The notes under the pieces are model-generated. The model did no database searches, had not been told where the DNA came from, and saw only the letters and a list, made by a program, of their open reading frames with translations. Of a stretch of DNA of 64,000 nt, positions 46,048 through 54,612 are shown in pieces. The first letter of the stretch is position 1. Each line of letters starts with the position of its first letter. Origin of the DNA: Alistipes sp. (GTDB lineage Bacteria > Bacteroidota > Bacteroidia > Bacteroidales > Rikenellaceae); the NCBI GenBank assembly GCA_017483225.1, contig JAFULF010000008.1:50927-114926 (forward strand), in the 5' to 3' direction. Position numbers and translations under genes: made by a program.

Positions 46048-46674
46048 CTACTTCGCCTCCAACTCGGCAATACGTGCCTGCAACGCCGCAACCGTAGCCT
46101 CCAACTCCTGAATGGCTCCCGCCAAGACCGGAATAATGGTGTTGTAGTTGACGAGCTTGGTGCCATCGCTATCGGTTGTTACAGCCTCCGGAATAAGCTC
46201 TTCCAGGTCTTGTGCGAGGAAGCCCATCTCCTGTTTGGAGGCCTTGCCGTCGGATGGTGTGGATGGCGATGCCCAGCCGTAAGATTTCGGTTTTAAGCGT
46301 TTGGTAAGGCTTAAAGCTCCGGTAAGTGGCTTGATGCCGCTCTTCAAACGAGCGTCCGATGCTGTATATACGCTCTTCACGTATATATCATTGAAATCTG
46401 TGTTGTTATGGAACACGATGCGGCCGTCATTGCCACTGAGGCGCACGTGCTCGGCTTCAAGGCTGATTTTCATCCACGGATATTGTCCCGAACTTGTGAT
46501 GTACCCGAAATAGTGGCCTGCGCCATACCATCCCGTTACACACTCGCTATGGTCGCTCGGCATTGACGAGAGCCCTTTTCCGAAAATCAGTTTACCGTCG
46601 GCGTTATACTTTATTTGTGCTGATAGTGTTGAGATGCTGCAAATCAACAATACAAATACGAACAATCGTTTCAT
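46048..46674 (-). CDS. secreted tail-fibre-like protein with C-terminal intramolecular chaperone (Peptidase S74) domain
   Basis: Signal peptide MKRLFVFVLLICSISTLSAQ. The S74 hallmark is YTASDARLKSGIKPL...EMGFLAQDLEELIPEAVTTDSDGTKLVNYNTIIPVLAGAIQELEATVAALQARIAELE (Ser/Lys dyad block, GF.AQ.L..V.PE.V, terminal coiled coil). Confidence 0.75.
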   Translation of the reverse strand: MKRLFVFVLLICSISTLSAQIKYNADGKLIFGKGLSSMPSDHSECVTGWYGAGHYFGYITSSGQYPWMKISLEAEHVRLSGNDGRIVFHNNTDFNDIYVKSVYTASDARLKSGIKPLTGALSLTKRLKPKSYGWASPSTPSDGKASKQEMGFLAQDLEELIPEAVTTDSDGTKLVNYNTIIPVLAGAIQELEATVAALQARIAELEAK

Positions 46675-47178
46675 AGCATTATGAAGTTAGAGTTAAACAA
46701 AGGAGTTTTATGACCAATAGGTCGGGTCTTGTAGGGTGCGGATGTTAAAGAAATTTTAACACGCAGAGTCTGTTGCGACTGCGGAATGAGAGGTGCGCAG
46801 CGGTCGTCTTGTAGAAAATTTTAGTCTTCATAATCGTAATTTTTTTGTTCAACATAAAAAATATAGTTTTGAAGGCTATATATTATCCCCTTTCAGTGGT
46901 CCCAAAGTCTATATGCATTATCAACTATGCAGCTTTGGCAGAGGGCTTTCGCTCGGTTGGTCGCTGCGGTGTCAATCGCATATAACCGTTTGAGAGTCAC
47001 TCTGTTATAAAAATCGCATTTACGAAGCGAAAAGAAAAAAACCTTCCACCTCTTTGCAGATATAGAGATAAAAATCAAGAAAAGCAAATATTTTCCGCTC
47101 CAAATTTCACGTCGCCCCATCTCGAAAAACGCCCACGGAGTAGCACGGGAGAGGATTTTGCGCCGAGCCTCATTTAGG

Positions 47179-47910
47179 TTATCGGCGGCGGAATTCGGAG
47201 CAGATGATGGCGGTGGCGATAGCGACATTGAGCGACTCCGAGCCGCTATTGTCGGCGGGGTATGGCGGGATGTAGAGCCTCTCGGAGACGGTTGCGGCGC
47301 AGGTGGCACCGATGCCCTGACCCTCGTTGCCCATAACGATAACGCCGTTGTGTGTCAGACTTTTAGAGTATATATTCTCGCCGTCGAGGAATGTGCCGTA
47401 GATAGGTGTGCCGGCGTGTTGTTGTCGGGCGAGCCACTCGGCGAGGTCGGCATAGTGGACACGCACACGGATTATAGCACCCATAGTCGCCTGCACGACC
47501 TTCGGGTTGAAGCAGTCGGCGCAGTCGGCGGAGCAGACGATGTCGGAGATGCCGAACCAGTCGGCAAGGCGGATGATGGTGCCGAGGTTGCCGGGGTTCT
47601 GCACACGGTCGAGGGCCAGCACAAGGTTGCGGCTCGGGTCGGCAAGCCGCAGGTCGTAGCGGGGGATATCGACCACGGCGAGGGAGCTGTTGGCGGTTTT
47701 CAGCTGCGAGATGCGCTCCATCTCCTTCGGCGTGATAAGCTCCGCCTCGGGCCACAGCGGCGTGGTGGCGTAGAGGTGGCGGATGTGGAGCTTGGCACAG
47801 CGCAGCTCCTCGATGAGCTTCTCACCCTCGGCGATAAATGCCCCCTGCTCCTCACGGCCTCGCTTGTCCGAGAGGGCCTTGATGCGTTGTATGTCGGCCT
47901 TTGTTATCAT
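47179..47910 (-). CDS. TrmH/SpoU-family RNA 2'-O-methyltransferase (RlmB-like, with N-terminal substrate-binding domain)
   Basis: SpoU motifs LALDRVQNPGNLGTIIRLADWFG, VIVMGNEGQGI and ESLNVAIATAIICSEF. Confidence 0.8.
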   Translation of the reverse strand: MITKADIQRIKALSDKRGREEQGAFIAEGEKLIEELRCAKLHIRHLYATTPLWPEAELITPKEMERISQLKTANSSLAVVDIPRYDLRLADPSRNLVLALDRVQNPGNLGTIIRLADWFGISDIVCSADCADCFNPKVVQATMGAIIRVRVHYADLAEWLARQQHAGTPIYGTFLDGENIYSKSLTHNGVIVMGNEGQGIGATCAATVSERLYIPPYPADNSGSESLNVAIATAIICSEFRRR

Positions 47911-47918
47911 CTGTTATG

Positions 47919-48830
47919 CTATTTGAGTGTGTAGGTCTCGCCCTCGGTGGCAATATCCGTATTCGGGAATATGGTGCGGGCCTCGTAGAGCAGCACGCCG
48001 GCATCCTTATATCGTGACGAGAAGTGCCCGATGAGGAGCCTCCTCGCCTCGGTGGTGGCGGCGATGGTGGCTGCGTCGGCAGCCGTGGAGTGGCCACGTG
48101 CCTTCGCCTCACGGCTCTGGTCGGCGGTATATGTCGCCTCGTGGTAGAGCATACTCACCCCCTTGATGCGGCGGGCGACCATTGCCGAGCGTGACGTGTC
48201 GGAGATGTAGGCGTAGGATTGCGGCTCGTAGGGGAGGTAGGTGACCTCACCATTCGGAATGGTCGTGCCATCCTCCAACACCACATCCTCGCCACGCTTG
48301 GCGGCGACAATCTGCGCTATCGAGAGTCCGTACTTCTCGATGCAGAACTTCTCGACATTCAGCTCGGGGCTCTTCTCCTTGAAGAGGTAGCCGGAGCAGG
48401 GCACTCGGTGGCGCAGAGGCACGCTCCACACCTCCACCGAGCGATTCTCGAATATCGGCCGATGCTTCGTGGTATCCACTTCGACCCACTCCACCTCGTA
48501 AGGCAGCTGCGAGTCGAAGTATCGCAGGTGGTGCGCCAGAATCTCCCCAAAGGGGTGGGGCGCAAAGACCTTCAAAGGGGTTTGACGACCATAGAGGCCG
48601 AGGGTCGAGAGCAGCGGGAAGAGTCCGAAGACGTGGTCGCCGTGCAGGTGCGAGATGAAGACACCACGCAGTTTCAGCGGGTTGATTCCGAGGCGGAACA
48701 TCTGCTGCTGCACACCCTCCCCGGCATCGACCAGATAGTACTGCTCGTTCACGTTCACTATCTGTGCCGAGGGGTGTCTGTTCACGGTAGGCTTTGCCGA
48801 GGCGTTGCCAAGTATCGTTACCTTAATCAC
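47919..48830 (-). CDS. rnz: ribonuclease Z
   Basis: Metallo-beta-lactamase motif ISHLHGDHVFGL; 303 aa with RNase Z-type organisation. Confidence 0.88.
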   Translation of the reverse strand: MIKVTILGNASAKPTVNRHPSAQIVNVNEQYYLVDAGEGVQQQMFRLGINPLKLRGVFISHLHGDHVFGLFPLLSTLGLYGRQTPLKVFAPHPFGEILAHHLRYFDSQLPYEVEWVEVDTTKHRPIFENRSVEVWSVPLRHRVPCSGYLFKEKSPELNVEKFCIEKYGLSIAQIVAAKRGEDVVLEDGTTIPNGEVTYLPYEPQSYAYISDTSRSAMVARRIKGVSMLYHEATYTADQSREAKARGHSTAADAATIAATTEARRLLIGHFSSRYKDAGVLLYEARTIFPNTDIATEGETYTLK

Positions 48831-48871
48831 GGCGACGTTAAATTATTGGTTTACAGTATTTTATTGGCGTT

Positions 48872-49801
48872 CTATCGCTTCAACCCCGCCAAGTATCTCT
48901 CGGCATCCAACGCTGCGATGCACCCCTTACCCGCAGCCACGATGGCCTGTCGGTAGTGTGGGTCGCAGACGTCGCCGGCAGCGAAGATACCCTCGCAGGA
49001 GGTCTTCGATGTACCTGCCACGGTGACGATATATCCGTTCTCGTCGAGGGCGAGTTTGCCCGCCACGAGTTCGGTGTTAGGGTGGTGGCCGATGGCGAGG
49101 AAGAAGCCCGAGATTGGAATCTCATACTCCTCACCGTCATTCTTGCGCACACGCACACCCGTAACGCCATCCTCGTCGCCAAGCACCTCTGCCGTGTTGT
49201 GCTCGAACAACACCTTGATATTCGGAGTATTGAACACGCGCTCCTGCATAGCCTTCGAGGCACGGAGGAACGGCTTGCGAACGATGAGATAGACCTGACG
49301 GCAGAGCGATGCGAGGTAGGTAGCCTCCTCACACGCCGTGTCGCCACCGCCCACGACGGCGACATCCTGCTTGCGGTAGAAGAAGCCGTCGCACGTAGCG
49401 CAGGCGCTCACGCCCATACCACGGAAGCGCAACTCCGACGGCAGGCCGAGGTACTTGGCCGATGCGCCGGTAGCGATGATAATCGAGTCGGCTTCAAGTT
49501 CTGTGCCACCATCCACACTCACACGGAACGGGCGTGCGGTGGTGTCGATATTCGAGATTATGCCGGTGCGAACATCGGTGCCGAAGCGCTTTGCCTGCTG
49601 GCGCAAGTCCTCCATCATCGCCGTACCGGAGATGCCCTCCGGATAGCCGGGGAAGTTCTCGATTTCGGTGGTCGTGGTAAGTTGTCCGCCGGGCTCGATA
49701 CCCTCGTAAAGCACAGGTGCAAGGGCTGCTCGTGCCGTGTAGATTGCTGCGGTAAAACCGGCAGGGCCGCTGCCGATGATAAGACATTTAACTCTCTCCA
49801 T
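48872..49801 (-). CDS. trxB: thioredoxin-disulfide reductase
   Basis: GSGPAGFTAAIY FAD motif, redox-active CATCDG, and GGGDTACEEA NADPH motif. Confidence 0.93.
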   Translation of the reverse strand: MERVKCLIIGSGPAGFTAAIYTARAALAPVLYEGIEPGGQLTTTTEIENFPGYPEGISGTAMMEDLRQQAKRFGTDVRTGIISNIDTTARPFRVSVDGGTELEADSIIIATGASAKYLGLPSELRFRGMGVSACATCDGFFYRKQDVAVVGGGDTACEEATYLASLCRQVYLIVRKPFLRASKAMQERVFNTPNIKVLFEHNTAEVLGDEDGVTGVRVRKNDGEEYEIPISGFFLAIGHHPNTELVAGKLALDENGYIVTVAGTSKTSCEGIFAAGDVCDPHYRQAIVAAGKGCIAALDAERYLAGLKR

Positions 49802-49830
49802 TTTCTCTCTTTTTTATATTGTTTTTTACT

Positions 49831-50685
49831 CTATTTGTTATCAACTATACTATACGAGCCGATGTTGAGCATCGCTATCACCTCGACCATCGAGGCGTTG
49901 TACCCCATAGCCAGAAATGGTGGGTGGGCAAGGTCGCCACGCAGGCTCGTCACTGCATCCTCGAAGGTGGCGGGTATGGTGCTCGACATCTTGGCCATAA
50001 GGTACTGGCTGCGGTTGCGGGGCTCCAACTCATCCTTGCGTGGGAAGAGCCGTCGGGTGCCGCCGTCACTACCTATGTGTATGTTAAAGAGCAGCGTGCC
50101 ACCATCGGAGGTGCTTGCCGAGCGGATGCGCTCGGTGATGGCTATCAACTCCTGCTCGGAGCCTCCGTCGGGTGTGCCGTCCGTGATGTTGATGACCATC
50201 GGCGGGAAGCTCTCCCTGTTGGCAGGGTTGGCACACCACTGCTCAACGAGCAGTGCCACCGCCTGAAACATCTCGACCATAGGCGTCGAGCCTCCTGCTC
50301 TGGGCTCTATCCACTCCGGAATCTCCTCCGTGACCCTGCTGATGCTGCCCGATGGAAGCCTCCACTCAAACTCCACCGTCATACGTGGCGGTTGCAGTGC
50401 CGCCAGCCTCTCGACCGAGATAAACGACATCTGCTCGCCAAACATCGAATAGACACGGTCGTTGGAGTAGCCCACGACGGCAACGTCATAGTAGTTGCGT
50501 ACCTGCCCGTCACGGGTGGAGCGGAGCACAAGTTCGTCGAGCAGACGATTGGTCGCTATCGCCACGGCGTGCGACTTGGGCATACGCATACCGCCAAAGG
50601 TTATCTCCTCCTGCATCGAGAGTGAGTGGTCTATGGCGACGACGAATGCGGTGCGTCTTGTTCGGGTTATATCTTGTTGGTACAT
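49831..50685 (-). CDS. cytoplasmic von Willebrand factor A (vWA) domain protein, TerY-like
   Basis: Complete MIDAS: DHSLS (VVAIDHSLSM), GGSTPM, and NITDGTPDGG. No signal peptide or TM segment. Confidence 0.75.
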   Translation of the reverse strand: MYQQDITRTRRTAFVVAIDHSLSMQEEITFGGMRMPKSHAVAIATNRLLDELVLRSTRDGQVRNYYDVAVVGYSNDRVYSMFGEQMSFISVERLAALQPPRMTVEFEWRLPSGSISRVTEEIPEWIEPRAGGSTPMVEMFQAVALLVEQWCANPANRESFPPMVINITDGTPDGGSEQELIAITERIRSASTSDGGTLLFNIHIGSDGGTRRLFPRKDELEPRNRSQYLMAKMSSTIPATFEDAVTSLRGDLAHPPFLAMGYNASMVEVIAMLNIGSYSIVDNK

Positions 50686-50694
50686 TCTTCCTCC

Positions 50695-52416
50695 TTACAA
50701 ACCTCTTACTGATGAAAAGTCCGCCATACGCTCCTCGGCACACTCTGTGTCGATGCCGTAGCCGATGCTCATCTCCTCGCCAAAATCCCGCTTGCGGTCC
50801 GCCTCGGCAGCCTCTCGCAGAGCTGCGTGCGCCACCTCTCCATCGGCAATCGCCTTCGCAATATCCGCCTCGGTAGGGGTTTGTCCCAGTCGCTTGGCAA
50901 GGCAATCCAATGCCCAACTGCCGGCAAGGCGGTCGTACTCCTTCCAAAGCGTGGTAAGAGTCCCCGTGAAGTTCTCTGCCGAGGCCCCCTGCTCCACCGT
51001 AGCAAGCAGTGGCTCCACCTGCCGCTTTGGCAGGTACTCTCCGGCGGCATCAATCCACTCGCCATCGCCTCTGCCTTCACCTTCACCTGCGTAGCCCTGT
51101 CGGAGCATCTGCCCGAGGGCTGCGGTGATATACTGCTCGTAGAGCTTTATGCCGAGCGAGAGCATCGAGGCCTTGATTACGGTGTTGTTATATAGGTATC
51201 GCTGTGCATCCGGCTGTGCGGCTTTCAGGCCCCGCAGCACCTCGCAGCCACGAATGGCCATACCGGTCAGATATGGGTTGTACTCCGCAAAGGAGATGTT
51301 GTCACGGTAGTGCTTGCGACGGTCACGCACCCTCCACTTCTCGATATCTCGCATGGTGCCGCAACTGCGCAGCGCAAAGGCCGGCATAAGGTTTGAGATA
51401 CCCTCACTTTCAGTGAGATAGGAGAATGGGAGTGCCGTGGTATCGTGGTGCTTGGAGTGGCGACCGAGTACCGTTGTGAAGGCACCCTCTGCGGCCGGAG
51501 CCATAACGTATGCGTTGCTGCCGAAGCGACAGCCTCGCAGGTGTACCGCCTGATGTACGGCACCACTCTTGAAGTGGTGGTTGCTCTGGTTGGTGCCACT
51601 GCCGGCATTGAAGAACGAGAATATGCCCGCAATGAGCAGTGACGACTTGTGGTGCGAGACGGTGTATGGGCCGGCAAAGACGGCACACGCCTCTCCGTTC
51701 TCGCAGTGCGAGTTGGCAAAGAAGAGCGAATCGACGGCGGAGAATCCTCCTCCGATGGTGGCAGCCTCACCGACAAAGCAGCGGGTAAGGGTTGCCCCCG
51801 TATCTACCGTTGCATCCTCACAGAGGATGAACTCCTTGGCCTTGACATCCGCCCCGACATAGGCACCGTCGAGGATTGTTCCATTTTCGAGCAACGAGGC
51901 CCCCTCGATGCGGACATTGTCGCCGAGGTTCACCTCACGGATAAACTTTACCCCCTCGATATGGCAGTTCTCGCCCACGCAGCCCACCGTCGAGCGACAC
52001 TCCTCGGCACGGCTCACTGCCCACCCCTTTATCGCCTCAACAAGCGCAGGGCGGTGGCGATACATCGCCGCAAAGTATGCCGTTTGTGCCGTCATACGGT
52101 CGAAGATATGCACGGTGCGACCTCCATTCTCATTCACCGCCGCCACGGCAACGCCATTGCCGAAGCAGGACTCCCTGCGGCACTCCAAGGCTACGACATT
52201 GCGGATGACGCTGCCTCGGCCGATGTGGTAGGAGGTGATGGTCGAGTCGGATAGTTGCGCTCCGGAGCCAATCGTCACCTCGCCACGAAAGCGACAGCAC
52301 AACACCTGCTCCGGCGCAAAGTCATCGCTGACCCGCACCTTCGCCCAATCCTCGGCAACGGAGCCTCGCTCTTCCAGATGCAAAATCTCGTCGTGGGTTA
52401 AACATCTCATATCCAT
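50695..52416 (-). CDS. DUF4954-like protein (left-handed beta-helix / hexapeptide-repeat region)
   Basis: Start trimmed to MDMRCLTHDEILHLEERGSVAEDWAKVRV, just after the upstream gene's stop at 52421. A long run of hexapeptide-like turns (IGSGAQLSDSTITSYHIGRGSVIRNVV..., VGENCHIEGVKFIREVNLGDNVRIEGASLLENGTILDGAYVGADV). The DUF4954 assignment is from memory. Confidence 0.6.
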   Translation of the reverse strand: MDMRCLTHDEILHLEERGSVAEDWAKVRVSDDFAPEQVLCCRFRGEVTIGSGAQLSDSTITSYHIGRGSVIRNVVALECRRESCFGNGVAVAAVNENGGRTVHIFDRMTAQTAYFAAMYRHRPALVEAIKGWAVSRAEECRSTVGCVGENCHIEGVKFIREVNLGDNVRIEGASLLENGTILDGAYVGADVKAKEFILCEDATVDTGATLTRCFVGEAATIGGGFSAVDSLFFANSHCENGEACAVFAGPYTVSHHKSSLLIAGIFSFFNAGSGTNQSNHHFKSGAVHQAVHLRGCRFGSNAYVMAPAAEGAFTTVLGRHSKHHDTTALPFSYLTESEGISNLMPAFALRSCGTMRDIEKWRVRDRRKHYRDNISFAEYNPYLTGMAIRGCEVLRGLKAAQPDAQRYLYNNTVIKASMLSLGIKLYEQYITAALGQMLRQGYAGEGEGRGDGEWIDAAGEYLPKRQVEPLLATVEQGASAENFTGTLTTLWKEYDRLAGSWALDCLAKRLGQTPTEADIAKAIADGEVAHAALREAAEADRKRDFGEEMSIGYGIDTECAEERMADFSSVRGL

Positions 52417-52420
52417 AGTG

Positions 52421-53131
52421 TTACAAATTTTTGTCATCATCCAAAAAACCGCCCCTTCGGAGCAACAGCTCGGAGTCACGTATCGAATCCGCCATCCAGC
52501 GGTAGAGTATCTGTGCCTGCTCATCCTCGTCGTATTGCCACCCCTCAACCTCGTTGCGGATGCGCTCCGAGAGCATATACACGATGATTGCGGCGCACGC
52601 CGAGACATTCAGGCTCTCGACCATACCGCACATCGGAATCTTCAAAAACTCGTCGGCCTCGGCAAAGACCTCCTCCGAGATACCGGTCTTCTCCGTGCCC
52701 ATTATGATAGCGAACTTGCCACCCTTCACGTCGAAGGTCTCGGGTGTGCAGCTCTTGCGGTGCGGTGTTGTGGCGATTATTCGGTAGCCCTCCGCCCGCA
52801 GAGCCCGCAGGGCCTCCGTCGTGGAGTTGTGCTGATGTATATCTATCCACTTGTCCGTGCCTCGAACGATGTTGAGGTTGGGGTTGAACTTGCAGAGTGT
52901 CTCCACCGTGTGGAGGTTCTGCACGCCAAACGCCTCGCAGTGGCGCACCAGCGCACTCGCATTCTGCGGATGAAACATATTCTCTGCCAGCATGGTCATA
53001 TAGGGGGTGCGTGAGGCTACCGCCCTTTCGAGTGTTGCCTTGCGCTCCGGCAGGATAAACTCCGAGAGGTAGGCGATGCGCCTGCGACACTCCTCGGCAG
53101 AGATTCTATTTTCGGTATTTGTCGTCATCAT
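52421..53131 (-). CDS. tRNA/rRNA 2'-O-methyltransferase, SpoU/TrmH family
   Basis: SpoU motifs PQNASALVRHCEAFGV, FAIIMGTEKTGISEE and VESLNVSACAAIIVYML. Confidence 0.8.
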   Translation of the reverse strand: MMTTNTENRISAEECRRRIAYLSEFILPERKATLERAVASRTPYMTMLAENMFHPQNASALVRHCEAFGVQNLHTVETLCKFNPNLNIVRGTDKWIDIHQHNSTTEALRALRAEGYRIIATTPHRKSCTPETFDVKGGKFAIIMGTEKTGISEEVFAEADEFLKIPMCGMVESLNVSACAAIIVYMLSERIRNEVEGWQYDEDEQAQILYRWMADSIRDSELLLRRGGFLDDDKNL

Positions 53132-54026
53132 CCAATATTTTCAGGTAACTTTCATAGCGGGAGAAGGCTATCTCACCCTCCTTGACCGCCTCGCATACGG
53201 CACAGCCGGGCTCGTGGGTGTGGGTGCAGTTGTAGAAGCGGCACTCGCTCGCACGGCTTATCATCTCCGGGAAGTAGTGCCACAGCTCCTTATCCTCGAT
53301 ATCTATCAGTCCGAAGCCCTTAATGCCCGGAGTATCAATTATATATCCTCCATCGCCGATAGGGTACATCGTCGAGAAGGTGGTAGTGTGCTTGCCCTTA
53401 TGGAAGCTCTCGGAAATCTCCCCCGTGCGCACATCGAGCGATGGGTCTATACGGCCCACGAGGGTCGATTTGCCCACGCCTGAGTTGCCGGACAGGAGCG
53501 TCACCTTGCCGTCGAGCATCTGCCTTACACGCTCCACACCCCAACCTTCGGTTGCCGAGATGTCGATAACCTCGTAGCCGGCACCCTCGTAGGTGCGGTG
53601 GAACTCGGCGACAGCCTCCGGAGCCTCTTGCAGCAGGTCGCACTTGGCCAGAAGTATCGTCACGGGCACCTTGTACGCCTCGCACGTGATGAGGAATCTA
53701 TCGACAAACTCCAAGGCGGTAACGGGCTCTACGAGTGTCACCACAATCATCGCACGGTCGATATTGGCGGCGATGATATGCGACTCCTTGGAGAGGTTTG
53801 ATGCTCGGCGGATGATATAGTTGCGGCGAGGTGCTATGTCGCAGATGACCCACTCGCCACGCTCGTCGCTCTCCAAATGTACGGTGTCGCCCACAACCAC
53901 GGGGTTTGTCGAGCGTGTGCCTCGCAGTCGCAGACGACCTCGTATGCGACATTGCAGACGCTCCCCCTCGTGAAGCACCTCATACCAACTGCCTGTGGCA
54001 CGTATGACCAAACCCGTTATACTCAT
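53106..54026 (-). CDS. rsgA: ribosome small-subunit-dependent GTPase A
   Basis: Circularly permuted GTPase: LAKCDL, SGNSGVGKSTLV, DTPGIKGFG, and a C-terminal zinc cluster CRFYNCTHTHEPGCAV. Confidence 0.92.
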   Translation of the reverse strand: MSITGLVIRATGSWYEVLHEGERLQCRIRGRLRLRGTRSTNPVVVGDTVHLESDERGEWVICDIAPRRNYIIRRASNLSKESHIIAANIDRAMIVVTLVEPVTALEFVDRFLITCEAYKVPVTILLAKCDLLQEAPEAVAEFHRTYEGAGYEVIDISATEGWGVERVRQMLDGKVTLLSGNSGVGKSTLVGRIDPSLDVRTGEISESFHKGKHTTTFSTMYPIGDGGYIIDTPGIKGFGLIDIEDKELWHYFPEMISRASECRFYNCTHTHEPGCAVCEAVKEGEIAFSRYESYLKILDDDDKYRK

Positions 54027-54037
54027 ACCCTCTGCCT

Positions 54038-54526
54038 CTATTGTGCGTAAGTCTTAAAATATTCGTTGAGCCACTTCAACGCCTGCTCCGAGATGGTGCT
54101 CACGGGGCGGAAGCTCTTGGACTCCTCTATGTATCTGTTATCCAGCAACTGCAAACTCTTGTTCAGGGAGTTGAAACTGCAAAATACGATGCTCAGTATC
54201 AGCGAGAACTTGACAATCGAGAGTGCTATTCCCAGCAGCACATCGACACTACCCAGACCAATCGCCGAGAAGAACTTGCGCAACAATCTTGCGAGCAGGC
54301 CCGATACGATGACCGTCACGACAAACACGGTGATAAAGCCTACGATGGTGGCAAATTGCGGGTCAAGACCCATCAATCCGCCCACCTGCTTGCCGAAGCG
54401 CACGGAGAGCACTACGCCGACGACGATGCCGGCGAAGGAGAAGCATTGCGAGGTAAATCCGCTGCGCCATCCGCTGAATATGGCCCAGAGCAGAACAATC
54501 AGTGTTATGATATCAAATACGTTCAT
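54038..54526 (-). CDS. cvpA: CvpA-family membrane protein
   Basis: Start trimmed to MNVFDIITLIVLLWAIFSGWRSGF, a typical CvpA N-terminus; four TM spans. Confidence 0.75.
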   Translation of the reverse strand: MNVFDIITLIVLLWAIFSGWRSGFTSQCFSFAGIVVGVVLSVRFGKQVGGLMGLDPQFATIVGFITVFVVTVIVSGLLARLLRKFFSAIGLGSVDVLLGIALSIVKFSLILSIVFCSFNSLNKSLQLLDNRYIEESKSFRPVSTISEQALKWLNEYFKTYAQ

Positions 54527-54585
54527 TATTTCGTTAATAAGTGGCGATAATCCGCTCAAAGTTAGCATTTTTTTCTACAAATTCA

Positions 54586-54593
54586 TATATTTG
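54586..54593 (+). promoter_or_regulatory. candidate -7 box (TATATTTG) upstream of the GH2 gene
   Basis: Exact TAnnTTTG match, 20 nt before the ATG at 54613. Confidence 0.3.
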
Positions 54594-54612
54594 TGACGAT
54601 AATAGTGAAGAA

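Noticed and set aside
45489-46097. 202-aa + strand ORF across the small lipoprotein and remnant
   Set aside because: It is antisense to a frame with a clear lipobox and conserved module. It is Ser/Pro/Thr-rich and extends through the non-coding repeat region.
46048-46674. Prophage or phage remnant inferred from the tail-fibre-type domain
   Set aside because: No other phage-like genes, integrase or att-like repeats are visible within tens of kb. I report it as an orphan domesticated-looking gene and not as a prophage.
52417-52608. N-terminal 64-codon extension of the DUF4954-like ORF
   Set aside because: The extension overlaps the 3' end of the upstream SpoU methyltransferase gene and has junk composition. 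An ATG directly after that gene's stop gives a sensible N-terminus.
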